Below are positions 1-13,400 of a stretch of DNA of 64,000 nt, piece after piece. A program made the translations under genes and the position numbers. A model generated the notes under the pieces. That model was not told where the DNA came from. It did not search any database and saw only the letters and a list, made by a program, of their open reading frames with translations. Positions within the stretch are counted from its first letter, which is position 1. Every line of letters starts with the position of its first letter. Source of the stretch: the human T2T-CHM13v2.0 reference genome, Homo sapiens; NCBI RefSeq assembly GCF_009914755.1, contig NC_060944.1. One strand, 5' to 3'.

Positions 1-130
1 GAAGCAATGTCAGAACTTTTTTCATCATGTATCTACTCAGCAAACAGAGTTGAACCTTTCTTTTGAGAGAGCAGTTTTGAAACACTCTTTTTGTGGAATA
101 TGCAAGTGGGTATTAGGCCAGCTTGGAGGA

Positions 131-147
131 TTTCGTTGGAAACGGGA
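131..147 (+). promoter_or_regulatory. CENP-B box (representative; recurs about every 340 bp)
   Basis: TTTCGTTGGAAACGGGA matches the 17-bp CENP-B box with all core bases nTTCGnnnnAnnCGGGn. Confidence 0.97.
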
Positions 148-468
148 ATACGTATAAAAAGCAGACAGCAGCATTGTCAGAAACTACTTTGTGATGTTTG
201 CATTCAAGTCACAGAATTGAACACTCCCTTTCACAGAGCAGGTTTGAAACACTCTTTTTGTAGTGTCTGTAAGTGAACATTTGGAGTGCTTTCAGGCCTG
301 AGGTGAAAAAGGAAATATCTTCCCATAAAAACTAGACAGAAGCATTCTCAGAAACTTGTTTGTGATGTGTGCCCTCTACTGACAGAGTTGAACCTTTCTT
401 TGCAAAGAGCAGTTTTGAAACACACTTTTTGTAGAATCTGCAAGAGGATATTTGGATAGCTTTGAGGA

Positions 469-485
469 TTTCTTGGGAAACGGGA
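469..485 (+). promoter_or_regulatory. Degenerate CENP-B box in dimer B (fixed in every B copy seen)
   Basis: TTTCTTGGGAAACGGGA: the core TTCG is changed to TTCT, so it is predicted not to bind CENP-B. Confidence 0.85.
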
Positions 486-1363
486 ATGTCTTCAGATAAA
501 CTCTAGACAGAAGCATTCTCAGAAACTTCTTTGGGATGTTTCAATTGAAGTCACAGTGTTGAACATTCCCTTTCACAGAGCAGGTTTGAAACACTCTTTT
601 TGTAGTGTCTATAAGTGCACATTTGGCGTGCTTTCAGGCCTAACGTGAAAAAGGAAATATCTTCCCATAAGAACTAGACAGAAGCATTCTCAGAAACTTG
701 ATTGTGATGTGTGCCCTCTACTGACAGAGTTGAACCTTTCCTTGCAAAGAGCAGCTTTGACACACTCTTTTTGTAGAATCTGCAAGAGGCTATTTGGATA
801 GCTTTGAGGATTTCGTTGGAAACGGGTATGTCTTCAGATAAACTCTAGACAGAAGCATTCTCAGAAACTTCTTTGAGATGTTGCATTCAAGTCACAGAGT
901 AGAACATTCCCATTCATAGAGCAGATTTGAAACACTCTTTTTGTAGTATCTGAAAGTGGACATTTGGAGCGCTTTCAGGCCTATGATGAAAAAGGAAATA
1001 TCTTCCCATGAAAACTAGACAGAAGCATTCTCAGAAACTTATTTGTGATGTGTGCCCTCAACTGACAGTGTTGAACCTTTGTTTTGATAGAGCAGTTCTG
1101 AAACACACTTTTTGTAATATCTGCAAGAGGATATTTGGATAGCTTTGAGGATTTCGTTGGAAACGGGCATGTCTTCATGTAAACTCTAGACAGAAGCATT
1201 CTCAGAAAATGCTTTGGGATGTTTCAATTGAAGTCCCAGTGTTGTACATTCCCTTTCATAGAGCAGGTTTGAAACACTCTTTTTGTAGTATCTGGAAGTG
1301 GACATTTGGAGCGCTTTCAGGTCTACGGTGAAAAAGGAGATATCTTCCAATAAAAACTAGATA

Positions 1364-3399
1364 GAAGCAATGTCAGAACTTTTTTCATGATGTATCTACT
1401 CAGCAAACAGAGTTGAACCTTTCTTTTGAGAGAGCAGTTTTGAAACACTCTTTTTGTGGAACATGCAAGTGGGTATTAGGCCAGCTTGGAGGATTTCGTT
1501 GGAAACGGGAATACGTATAAAAAGCAGACAGCAGCATTGTCAGAAACTACTTTGTGATGTTTGCATTCAAGTCACAGAATTGAACACTCCCTTTCACAGA
1601 GCAGGTTTGAAACACTCTTTTTGTAGTGTCTGTAAGTGAACATTTGGATTGCTTTCAGGCCTAAGGTGAAAAAGGAAATATCTTCCCATAAAAACTAGAC
1701 GGAAGCATTCTCAGAAACTTACTTGTGATGTGTTTGCTCTACTAACAGAATTGAACCATCGTTTTGAAGGAGCAGTTTTGAAACACTGTTTTCGTGGAAT
1801 CTGCAAGTGGATATTTGGCTAGCTTTGAGGATTTCGTTGGAAACGGGATTACATATAAAAAGGAGACAGCAGCATTCTCAGAAACTTCTTTGTGATGTCT
1901 GCATTCAAGTCACAGAGTTGAGCATTCCCTTTCATGGAGCAGGTTTGAAACACTCTTTTTGTAGTATCTGGATGAGGACATTTGGAGCGCTTTCAGGCGT
2001 ATGGTGAAAAAGGAAATATCTTCCCGTAAAAACTAGACAGAAGCATTCTCAGAAATTTATTTGTGATGTGTGCCCTCAACTAACAGAGTTGAACCTTTCT
2101 TTTGATAGAGCAGTTTTGAAACACTCTTTTTGTAAAATCTGCAAGAGGATATTTGGATGGCTTTGAGGATTTCGTTGCAAACGGGAATGGCTTCATATAA
2201 ACTCTAGACAGAAGCATTCTCAGAAACTTCGTTGGGATGTTTCGATTGAAGTCCCAGTGTTGAACATTCCCTTTTATAGCGCACGTTGGAAACACTCTTT
2301 TTGCATTCCCTGGAAGTGGACATTTGGAGCGCTTTCAGGACGACGGTGAAAATGGAAATATCTTCCAATAAAATCTAGATAGAAGCAATGTGAGAAACTT
2401 TTATGTGATGGACCTACTCAGCTAACAGAGTTGAACCTTTCTTTTGAGAGAGCAGTTTTGCAACACTCTTTTTGTGGAATATGCAAGTGGATATTAGGGC
2501 AGCTTTGAGGATTTCGTTGGAAACGGGAATACATGTAAAAAGCAGACAGCAGCATTCTCAGAAACTTCTTTGTGATGTTTGCATTGAAGTCACAGAGTTG
2601 AACATTCCCTTTGAGAGAGCAGGTTTGAAACACGCCTTTTGTCATATCTGGAAGTGTCCATTCGGAGCGCATTCAGGCTTGTGTTGAAAAAGGAAATATC
2701 CTCCCATAAAAACTAGACAGAAGCATTCTCAGAAACTTATTTGTGATGTATGTACTCAACTAACAGAACTAAACCATCGTTTTGAAGGAGCAGTTTTGAA
2801 ACACCCTTTTTGCGGAATCTGCAACTGGATATTTGGCTAGCTTGGAGGATTTCGTTGGAAACGGGATTACATACAAAAAGCAGACAGCAGCATTCTCAGA
2901 AACTTCTTTGTGATGTTTGCATTCAAGTCGCAGAGTTGAACATTCCCTTTCATAGAGCAGGTTTGAAACACTCTTTTTGTAGTATCTGGATGTGGACATT
3001 TGGATCGCTTTCAGGCCTATGGTGAAAAAGGAAATATCTTCCCATGAAAACTAGACAGAAGCATTCTCAGAAACTTATTTGTGATGTGTGCCCTCAACTG
3101 ACAGTGTTGAACCTTTGTTTTAATAGAGCAGTTCTGAAACACACTTTTTGTAAAATCTGCAAGAGGATATTTGGATAGCTTTGAGGATTTCGTTGGAAAC
3201 GGGAATGTCTTCATGTGAACTCTAGAAAGAAGCATTCTCAGAAACTGCTTTGGGATGTTTCAATTGAAGTCCCAGTGTTGAACATTCCCTTTCATAGAGC
3301 AGGTTTGAAACACTCTTTTTGTAGTATCTGGAAGTGGACATTTGGAGCGCTTTCAGGTCTACGGTGAAAAAGGAGATATCTTCCAATAAAAACTAGATA
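1364..3399 (+). repeat. 12-mer HOR variant (A-D-E-F-G-H; B-C missing)
   Basis: Anchor spacing 2036 bp. The end of dimer A ('ctaaggtg') runs directly into the start of D ('actagacggaagcattctcagaaacttacttg') at ~1665-1701. Confidence 0.92.
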
Positions 3400-6118
3400 G
3401 AAGCAATGTCAGAACTTTTTTCATCATGTATCTACTCAGCAAACAGAGTTGAACCTTTCTTTTGAGAGAGCAGTTTTGAAACACTCTTTTTGTGGAATAT
3501 GCAAGTGGGTATTAGGCCAGCTTTGAGGATTTCGTTGGAAACGGGAATACGTATAAAAAGCAGACAGCAGCATTGTCAGAAACTACTTTGTGATGTTTGC
3601 ATTCAAGTCACAGAATTGAACACTCCCTTTCACAGAGCAGGTTTGAAACACTCTTTTTGTAGTGTCTGTAAGTGAACATTTGGATTGCTTTCAGGCCTGA
3701 GGTGAAAAAGGAAATATCTTCCCATAAAAACTAGACAGAAGCATTCTCAGAAACTTGTTTGTGATGTGTGCCCTCTACTGACAGAGTTGAACCTTTCTTT
3801 GCAAAGAACAGTTTTGAAACACCCTTTTTGTAGAATCTGCAAGAGTATATTTGGATAGCTTTGAGGATTTCTTGGGAAACGGGAATGTCTTCAGGTAAAC
3901 TCTAGACAGAAGCATTCTCAGAAACTTCTTTGGGATGTTTCAATTGAAGTCACAGTGTTGAACATTCCCTTTCACAGAGCAGGTTTGAAACACTCTTTTT
4001 GTAGTGTCTATAAGTGAACATTTGGCGTGCTTTCAGGCCTAACGTGAAAAAGGAAATATCTTCCCATAAGAACTAGACAGAAGCATTCTCAGAAACTTGT
4101 TTGTGATGTGTGCCCTCTACTGACAGAGTTGAACCTTTCCTTGCAAAGAGCAGTTTTGACACACTCTTTTTGTAGAATCTGCAAGAGGCTATTTGGATAG
4201 CTTTGAGGATTTCGTTGGAAACGGGTATGTCTTCAGATAAACTCTAGACAGAAGCATTCTCAGAAACTTCTTTGAGATGTTGCATTCAAGTCACAGAGTA
4301 GAACATTCCCATTCATAGAGCAGATTTGAAACACTCTTTTTGTAGTATCTGAAAGTGGACATTTGGAGCGCTTTCAGGCCTATGATGAAAAAGGAAATAT
4401 CTTCCCATAAAAACTAGACGGAAGCATTCTCAGAAACTTACTTGTGATGTGTTTGCTCAACTAACAGAATTGAACCATCGTTTTGAAGGAGCAGTTTTGA
4501 AACACTGTTTTCGTGGAATCTGCAAGTGGATATTTGGCTAGCTTTGAGGATTTCGTTGGAAACGGGATTACATATAAAAAGGAGACAGCAGCATTCTCAG
4601 AAACTTCTTTGTGATGTCTGCATTCAAGTCACAGAGTTGAGCATTCCCTTTCATGGAGCAGGTTTGAAACACTCTTTTTGTAGTATCTGGATGAGGACAT
4701 TTGGAGCGCTTTCAGGCGTATGGTGAAAAAGGAAATATCTTCCCGTAAAAACTAGACAGAAGCATTCTCAGAAATTTATTTGTGATGTGTGCCCTCAACT
4801 AACAGAGTTGAACCTTTCTTTTGATAGAGCAGTTTTGAAACACTCTTTTTGTAAAATCTGCAAGAGGATATTTGGATGGCTTTGAGGATTTCGTTGCAAA
4901 CGGGAATGGCTTCATATAAACTCTAGACAGAAGCATTCTCAGAAACTTCGTTGGGATGTTTCGATTGAAGTCCCAGTGTTGAACATTCCCTTTTATAGCG
5001 CACGTTGGAAACACTCTTTTTGCATTCCCTGGAAGTGGACATTTGGAGCGCTTTCAGGACGACGGTGAAAATGGAAATATCTTCCAATAAAATCTAGATA
5101 GAAGCAATGTCAGAAACTTTTATGTGATGGATCTACTCAGCTAACAGAGTTGAACCTTTCTTTTGAGAGAGCAGTTTTGCAACACTCTTTTTGTGGAATA
5201 TGCAAGTGGATATTAGGGCAGCTTTGAGGATTTCGTTGGAAACGGGAATACATGTAAAAAGCAGACAGCAGCATTCTCAGAAACTTCTTTGTGATGTTTG
5301 CATTGAAGTCACAGAGTTGAACATTCCCTTTGAGAGAGCAGGTTTGAAACACGCCTTTTGTCATATCTGGAAGTGTCCATTCGGAGCGCATTCAGGCTTG
5401 TGTTGAAAAAGGAAATATCCTCCCATAAAAACTAGACAGAAGCATTCTCAGAAACTTATTTGTGATGTATGTACTCAACTAACAGAACAAAACCATCGTT
5501 TTGAAGGAGCAGTTTTGAAACACCCTTTTTGCGGAATCTGCAACTGGATATTTGGCTAGCTTGGAGGATTTCGTTGGAAACGGGATTACATACAAAAAGC
5601 AGACAGCAGCATTCTCAGAAACTTCTTTGTGATGTTTGCATTCAAGTCGCAGAGTTGAACATTCCCTTTCATAGAGCAGGTTTGAAACACTCTTTTTGTA
5701 GTATCTGGATGTGGACATTTGGATCGCTTTCAGGCCTATGGTGAAAAAGGAAATATCTTCCCATGAAAACTAGACAGAAGCATTCTCAGAAACTTATTTG
5801 TGATGTGTGCCCTCAACTGACAGTGTTGAACCTTTGTTTTAATAGAGCAGTTCTGAAACACACTTTTTGTAAAATCTGCAAGAGGATATTTGGATAGCTT
5901 TGAGGATTTCGTTGGAAACGGGAATGTCTTCATGTGAACTCTAGAAAGAAGCATTCTCAGAAACTGCTTTGGGATGTTTCAATTGAAGTCCCAGTGTTGA
6001 ACATTCCCTTTCATAGAGCAGGTTTGAAACACTCTTTTTGTAGTATCTGGAAGTGGACATTTGGAGCGCTTTCAGGTCTACGGTGAAAAAGGAGATATCT
6101 TCCAATAAAAACTAGATA
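3400..6118 (+). repeat. Canonical 16-mer HOR unit (reference example, dimers A-H)
   Basis: 2719 bp with eight distinguishable dimers. Confidence 0.95.
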
Positions 6119-7481
6119 GAAGCAATGTCAGAACTTTTTTCATCATGTATCTACTCAGCAAACAGAGTTGAACCTTTCTTTTGAGAGAGCAGTTTTGAAA
6201 CACTCTTTTTGTGGAATATGCAAGTGGGTATTAGGCCAGCTTGGAGGATTTCGTTGGAAACGGGAATACGTATAAAAAGCAGACAGCAGCATTGTCAGAA
6301 ACTACTTTGTGATGTTTGCATTCAAGTCACAGAATTGAACACTCCCTTTCACAGAGCAGGTTTGAAACACTCTTTTTGTAGTGTCTGTAAGTGAACATTT
6401 GGATTGCTTTCAGGCCTGAGGTGAAAAAGGAAATATCTTCCCATAAAAACTAGACAGAAGCATTCTCAGAAACTTGTTTGTGATGTGTGCCCTCTACTGA
6501 CAGAGTTGAACTTTTCTTTGCAAAGAGCAGTTTTGAAACACACTTTTTGTAGAATCTGCAAGAGGATATTTGGATAGCTTTGAGGATTTCTTGGGAAACG
6601 GGAATGTCTTCAGATAAACTCTAGACAGAAGCATTCTCAGAAACTTCTTTGGGATGTTTCAATTGAAGTCACAGTGTTGAACATTCCCTTTCACAGAGCA
6701 GGTTTGAAACACTCTTTTTGTAGTGTCTATAAGTGCACATTTGGCGTGCTTTCAGGCCTAACGTGAAAATGGAAATATCTTCCCATAAGAAATAGACAGA
6801 AGCATTCTCAGAAACTTGATTGTGATGTGTGCCCTCTACTGACAGAGTTGAACCTTTCCTTGCAAAGAGCAGCTTTGACACACTCTTTTTGTAGAATCTG
6901 CAAGAGGCTATTTGGATAGCTTTGAGGATTTCGTTGGAAACGGGTATGTCTTCAGATAAACTCTAGACAGAAGCATTCTCAGAAACTTCTTTGAGATGTT
7001 GCATTCAAGTCACAGAGTAGAACATTCCCATTCATAGAGCAGATTTGAAACACTCTTTTTGTAGTATCTGAAAGTGGACATTTGGAGCGCTTTCAGGCCT
7101 ATGATGAAAAAGGAAATATCTTCCCATGAAAACTAGACAGAAGCATTCTCAGAAACTTATTTGTGATGTGTGCCCTCAACTGACAGTGTTGAACCTTTGT
7201 TTTGATAGAGCAGTTCTGAAACACACTTTTTGTAATATCTGCAAGAGGATATTTGGATAGCTTTGAGGATTTCGTTGGAAACGGGCATGTCTTCATGTAA
7301 ACTCTAGACAGAAGCATTCTCAGAAAATGCTTTGGGATGTTTCAATTGAAGTCCCAGTGTTGAACATTCCCTTTCATAGAGCAGGTTTGAAACACTCTTT
7401 TTGTAGTATCTGGAAGTGGACATTTGGAGCGCTTTCAGGTCTACGGTGAAAAAGGAGATATCTTCCAATAAAAACTAGATA
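6119..7481 (+). repeat. 8-mer HOR variant (A-B-C-H), second copy
   Basis: 1363 bp, with the same junction and the same private SNVs as 1-1363. Confidence 0.92.
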
Positions 7482-10400
7482 GAAGCAATGTCAGAACTTT
7501 TTTCATGATGTATCTACTCAGCAAACAGAGTTGAACCTTTCTTTTGAGAGAGCAGTTTTGAAACACTCTTTTTGTGGAACATGCAAGTGGGTATTAGGCC
7601 AGCTTGGAGGATTTCGTTGGAAACGGGAATACGTATAAAAAGCAGACAGCAGCATTGTCAGAAACTACTTTGTGATATTTGCATTCAAGTCACAGAATTG
7701 AACACTCCCTTTCACAGAGCAGGTTTGAAACACTCTTTTTGTAGTGTCTGTAAGTGAACATTTGGATTGCTTTCAGGCCTAAGGTGAAAAAGGAAATATC
7801 TTCCCATAAAAACTAGACAGAAGCATTCTCAGAAACTTGTTTGTGATGTGTGCCCTCTACTGACAGAGTTGAACCTTTCTTTGCAAAGAGCAGTTTTGAA
7901 ACACACTTTTTGTAGAATCTGCAAGAGGATATTTGGATAGCTTTGAGGATTTCTTGGGAAACGGGAATGTCTTCAGATAAACTCTAGACAGAAGCATTCT
8001 CAGAAACTTCTTTGGGATGTTTCAATTGAAGTCACAGTGTTGAACATTCCCTTTCACAGAGCAGGTTTGAAACACTCTTTTTGTAGTGTCTATAAGTGCA
8101 CATTTGGCGTGCTTTCAGGCCTAACGTGAAAAAGGAAATATCTTCCCATAAGAACTAGACAGAAGCATTCTCAGAAACTTGATTGTGATGTGTGCCCTCT
8201 ACTGACAGAGTTGAACCTTTCCTTGCAAAGAGCAGCTTTGACACACTCTTTTTGTAGAATCTGCAAGAGGCTATTTGGATAGCTTTGAGGATTTCGTTGG
8301 AAACGGGTATGTCTTCAGATAAACTCTAGACAGAAGCATTCTCAGAAACTTCTTTGAGATGTTGCATTCAAGTCACAGAGTAGAACATTCCCATTCATAG
8401 AGCAGATTTGAAACACTCTTTTTGTAGTATCTGAAAGTGGACATTTGGAGCGCTTTCAGGCCTATGATGAAAAAGGAAATATCTTCCCATAAAAACTAGA
8501 CGGAAGCATTCTCAGAAACTTACTTGTGATGTGTTTGCTCAACTAACAGAATTGAACCATCGTTTTGAAGGAGCAGTTTTGAAACACTGTTTTCGTGGAA
8601 TCTGCAAGTGGATATTTGGCTAGCTTGGAGGATTTCGTTGGAAACGGGATTACATATAAAAAGGAGACAGCAGCATTCTCAGAAACTTCTTTGTGATGTC
8701 TGCATTCAAGTCACAGAGTTGAGCATTCCCTTTCATGGAGCAGGTTTGAAACACTCTTTTTGTAGTATCTGGATGAGGACATTTGGAGCGCTTTCAGGCG
8801 TATGGTGAAAAAGGAAATATCTTCCCGTAAAAACTAGACAGAAGCATTCTCAGAAATTTATTTGTGATGTGTGCCCTCAACTAACAGAGTTGAACCTCTC
8901 TTTTGATAGAGCAGTTTTGAAACACTCTTTTGGTAAAATCTGCAAGAGGATATTTGGATGGCTTTGAGGATTTCGTTGCAAACGGGAATGGCTTCATATA
9001 AACTCTAGACAGAAGCATTCTCAGAAACTTCGTTGGGATGTTTCGATTGAAGTCCCAGTGTTGAACATTCCCTTTTATAGCGCACGTTGGAAACACTCTT
9101 TTTGCATTCCCTGGAAGTGGACATTTGGAGCGCTTTCAGGACGACGGTGAAAATGGAAATATCTTCCAATAAAATCTAGATAGAAGCAATGTCAGAAACT
9201 TTTATGTGATGGATCTACTCAGCTAACAGAGTTGAACCTTTCTTTTGAGAGAGCAGTTTTGCAACACTCTTTTTGTGGAATATGCAAGTGGATATTAGGG
9301 CAGCTTTGAGGATTTCGTTGGAAACGGGAATACATGTAAAAAGCAGACAGCAGCATTCTCAGAAACTTCTTTGTGATGTTTGCATTGAAGTCACAGAGTT
9401 GAACATTCCCTTTGAGAGAGCAGGTTTGAAACACGCCTTTTGTCATATCTGGAAGTGTCCATTCGGAGCGCATTCAGGCTTGTGTTGAAAAAGGAAATAT
9501 CCTCCCATAAAAACTAGACAGAAGCATTCTCAGAAACTTATTTGTGATGTATGTACTCAACTAACAGAACAAAACCATCGTTTTGAAGGAGCAGTTTTGA
9601 AACACCCTTTTTGCGGAATCTGCAACTGGATATTTGGCTAGCTTGGAGGATTTCGTTGGAAACGGGATTACATACAAAAAGCAGACAGCAGCATTCTCAG
9701 AAACTTCTTTGTGATGTTTGCATTCAAGTCGCAGAGTTGAACATTCCCTTTCATAGAGCAGGTTTGAAACACTCTTTTTGTAGTATCTGGATGTGGACAT
9801 TTGGATCGCTTTCAGGCCTATGGTGAAAAAGGAAATATCTTCCCATGAAAACTAGACAGAAGCATTCTCAGAAACTTATTTGTGATGTGTGCCCTCAACT
9901 GACAGTGTTGAACCTTTGTTTTAATAGAGCAGTTCTGAAACACACTTTTTGTAAAATCTGCAAGAGGATATTTGGATAGCTTTGAGGATTTCGTTGGAAA
10001 CGGGAATGTCTTCATGTGAACTCTAGAAAGAAGCATTCTCAGAAACTGCTTTGGGATGTTTCAATTGAAGTCCCAGTGTTGAACATTCCCTTTCATAGAG
10101 CAGGTTTGAAACACTCTTTTTGTAGTATCTGGAAGTGGACATTTGGAGCGCTTTCAGGTCTACGGTGAAAAAGGAGATATCTTCCAATAAAAACTAGATA
10201 GAAGCAATGTCAGAACTTTTTTCATCATGTATCTACTCAGCAAACAGAGTTGAACCTTTCTTTTGAGAGAGCAGTTTTGAAACACTCTTTTTGTGGAATA
10301 TGCAAGTGGGTATTAGGCCAGCTTGGAGGATTTCGTTGGAAACGGGAATACGTATAAAAAGCAGACAGCAGCATTGTCAGAAACTACTTTGTGATGTTTG

Positions 10401-13400
10401 CATTCAAGTCACAGAATTGAACACTCCCTTTCACAGAGCAGGTTTGAAACACTCTTTTTGTAGTGTCTGTAAGTGAACATTTGGATTGCTTTCAGGCTTA
10501 AGGTGAAAAAGGAAATATCTTCCCATAAAAACTAGACAGAAGCATTCTCAGAAACTTGTTTGTGATGTGTGCCCTCTACTGACAGAGTTGAACCTTTCTT
10601 TGCAAAGAGCAGTTTTGAAACACACTTTTTGTAGAATCTGCAAGAGGATATTTGGATAGCTTTGAGGATTTCTTGGGAAACGGGAATGTCTTCAGATAAA
10701 CTCTAGACAGAAGCATTCTCAGAAACTTCTTTGGGATGTTTCAATTGAAGTCACAGTGTTGAACATTCCCTTTCACAGAGCAGGTTTGAAACACTCTTTT
10801 TGTAGTGTCTATAAGTGCACATTTGGCGTGCTTTCAGGCCTAACGTGAAAAAGGAAATATCTTCCCATAAGAACTAGACAGAAGCATTCTCAGAAACTTG
10901 ATTGTGATGTGTGCCCTCTACTGACAGAGTTGAACCTTTCCTTGCAAAGAGCAGCTTTGACACACTCTTTTTGTAGAATCTGCAAGAGGCTATTTGGATA
11001 GCTTTGAGGATTTCGTTGGAAACGGGTATGTCTTCAGATAAACTCTAGACAGAAGCATTCTCAGAAACTTCTTTGAGATGTTGCATTCAAGTCACAGAGT
11101 AGAACATTCCCATTCATAGAGCAGATTTGAAACACTCTTTTTGTAGTATCTGAAAGTGGACATTTGGAGCGCTTTCAGGCCTATGATGAAAAAGGAAATA
11201 TCTTCCCATAAAAACTAGACGGAAGCATTCTCAGAAACTTACTTGTGATGTGTTTGCTCAACTAACAGAATTGAACCATCGTTTTGAAGGAGCAGTTTTG
11301 AAACACTGTTTTCGTGGAATCTGCAAGTGGATATTTGGCTAGCTTGGAGGATTTCGTTGGAAACGGGATTACATATAAAAAGGAGACAGCAGCATTCTCA
11401 GAATCTTCTTTGTGATGTCTGCATTCAAGTCACAGAGTTGAGCATTCCCTTTCATGGAGCAGGTTTGAAACACTCTTTTTGTAGTATCTGGATGAGGACA
11501 TTTGGAGCGCTTTCAGGCGTATGGTGAAAAAGGAAATATCTTCCCGTAAAAACTAGACAGAAGCATTCTCAGAAATTTATTTGTGATGTGTGCCCTCAAC
11601 TAACAGAGTTGAACCTCTCTTTTGATAGAGCAGTTTTGAAACACCCTTTTTGTAAAATCTGCAAGAGGATATTTGGATGGCTTTGAGGATTTCGTTGCAA
11701 ACGGGAATGGCTTCATATAAACTCTAGACAGAAGCATTCTCAGAAACTTCGTTGGGATGTTTCGATTGAAGTCCCAGTGTTGAACATTCCCTTTTATAGC
11801 GCATGTTGGAAACACTCTTTTTGCATTCCCTGGAAGTGGACATTTGGAGCGCTTTCAGGACGACGTGAAAATGGAAATATCTTCCAATAAAATCTAGATA
11901 GAAGCAATGTCAGAAACTTTTATGTGATGGATCTACTCAGCTAACAGAGTTGAACCTTTCTTTTGAGAGAGCAGTTTTGCAACACTCTTTTTGTGGAATA
12001 TGCAAGTGGATATTAGGGCAGCTTTGAGGATTTCGTTGGAAACGGGAATACATGTAAAAAGCAGACAGCAGCATTCTCAGAAACTTCTTTGTGATGTTTG
12101 CATTGAAGTCACAGAGTTGAACATTCCCTTTGAGAGAGCAGGTTTGAAACACGCCTTTTGTCATATCTGGAAGTGTCCATTCGGAGCGCATTCAGGCTTG
12201 TGTTGAAAAAGGAAATATCCTCCCATAAAAACTAGACAGAAGCATTCTCAGAAACTTATTTGTGATGTATGTACTCAACTAAAAGAACTAAACCATCGTT
12301 TTGAAGGAGCAGTTTTGAAACACCCTTTTTGCGGAATCTGCAACTGGATATTTGGCTAGCTTGGAGGATTTCGTTGGAAACGGGATTACATACAAAAAGC
12401 AGACAGCAGCATTCTCAGAAACTTCTTTGTGATGTTTGCATTCAAGTCGCAGAGTTGAACATTCCCTTTCATAGAGCAGGTTTGAAACACTCTTTTTGTA
12501 GTATCTGGATGTGGACATTTGGATCGCTTTCAGGCCTACGGTGAAAAAGGAAATATCTTCCCATGAAAACTAGACAGAAGCATTCTCAGAAACTTATTTG
12601 TGATGTGTGCCCTCAACTGACAGTGTTGAACCTTTGTTTTGATAGAGCAGTTCTGAAACACACTTTTTGTAAAATCTGCAAGAGGATATTTGGATAGCTT
12701 TGAGGATTTCGTTGGAAACGGGAATGTCTTCATGTAAACTCTAGACAGAAGCATTCTCAGAAACTGCTTTGGGATGTTTCAATTGAAGTCCCAGTGTTGA
12801 ACATTCCCTTTCATAGAGCAGGTTTGAAACACTCTTTTTGTAGTATCTGGAAGTGGACATTTGGAGCGCTTTCAGGTCTACGGTGAAAAAGGAGATATCT
12901 TCCAATAAAAACTAGATAGAAGCAATGTCAGAACTTTTTTCATGATGTATCTACTCAGCAAACAGAGTTGAACCTTTCTTTTGAGAGAGCAGTTTTGAAA
13001 CACTCTTTTTGTGGAATATGCAAGTGGGTATTAGGCCAGCTTGGAGGATTTCGTTGGAAACGGGAATACGTATAAAAAGCAGACAGCAGCATTGTCAGAA
13101 ACTACTTTGTGATGTTTGCATTCAAGTCACAGAATTGAACACTCCCTTTCACAGAGCAGGTTTGAAACACTCTTTTTGTAGTGTCTGTAAGTGAACATTT
13201 GGATTGCTTTCAGGCCTAAGGTGAAAAAGGAAATATCTTCCCATAAAAACTAGACAGAAGCATTCTCAGAAACTTGTTTGTGATGTGTGCCCTCTACTGA
13301 CAGAGTTGAACCTTTCTTTGCAAAGAGCAGTTTTGAAACACTCTTTTTGTAGAATCTGCCAGAGGATATTTGGATAGCTTTGAGGATTTCTTGGGAAACG

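Larger units (their letters stand above)
1..1363 (+). repeat. 8-mer HOR variant (dimers A-B-C-H; D-G missing)
   Basis: Anchor spacing 91->1454 = 1363 bp. The C-type end 'ctatgatg' joins the G-type 'cccatgaaaactagacag' at ~987-1010, followed by dimer H. Confidence 0.92.

Noticed and set aside
2169-2185. E box TTTCGTTGCAAACGGGA as a dead box
   Set aside because: The G->C change is at a non-core position; the nTTCGnnnnAnnCGGGn core is intact.
2227-2243. CTTCGTTGGGATG, resembling an extra CENP-B box in dimer E
   Set aside because: It lacks the core A and the CGGG half; it is a variant of the monomer-start motif CTTCTTTGGGATG.
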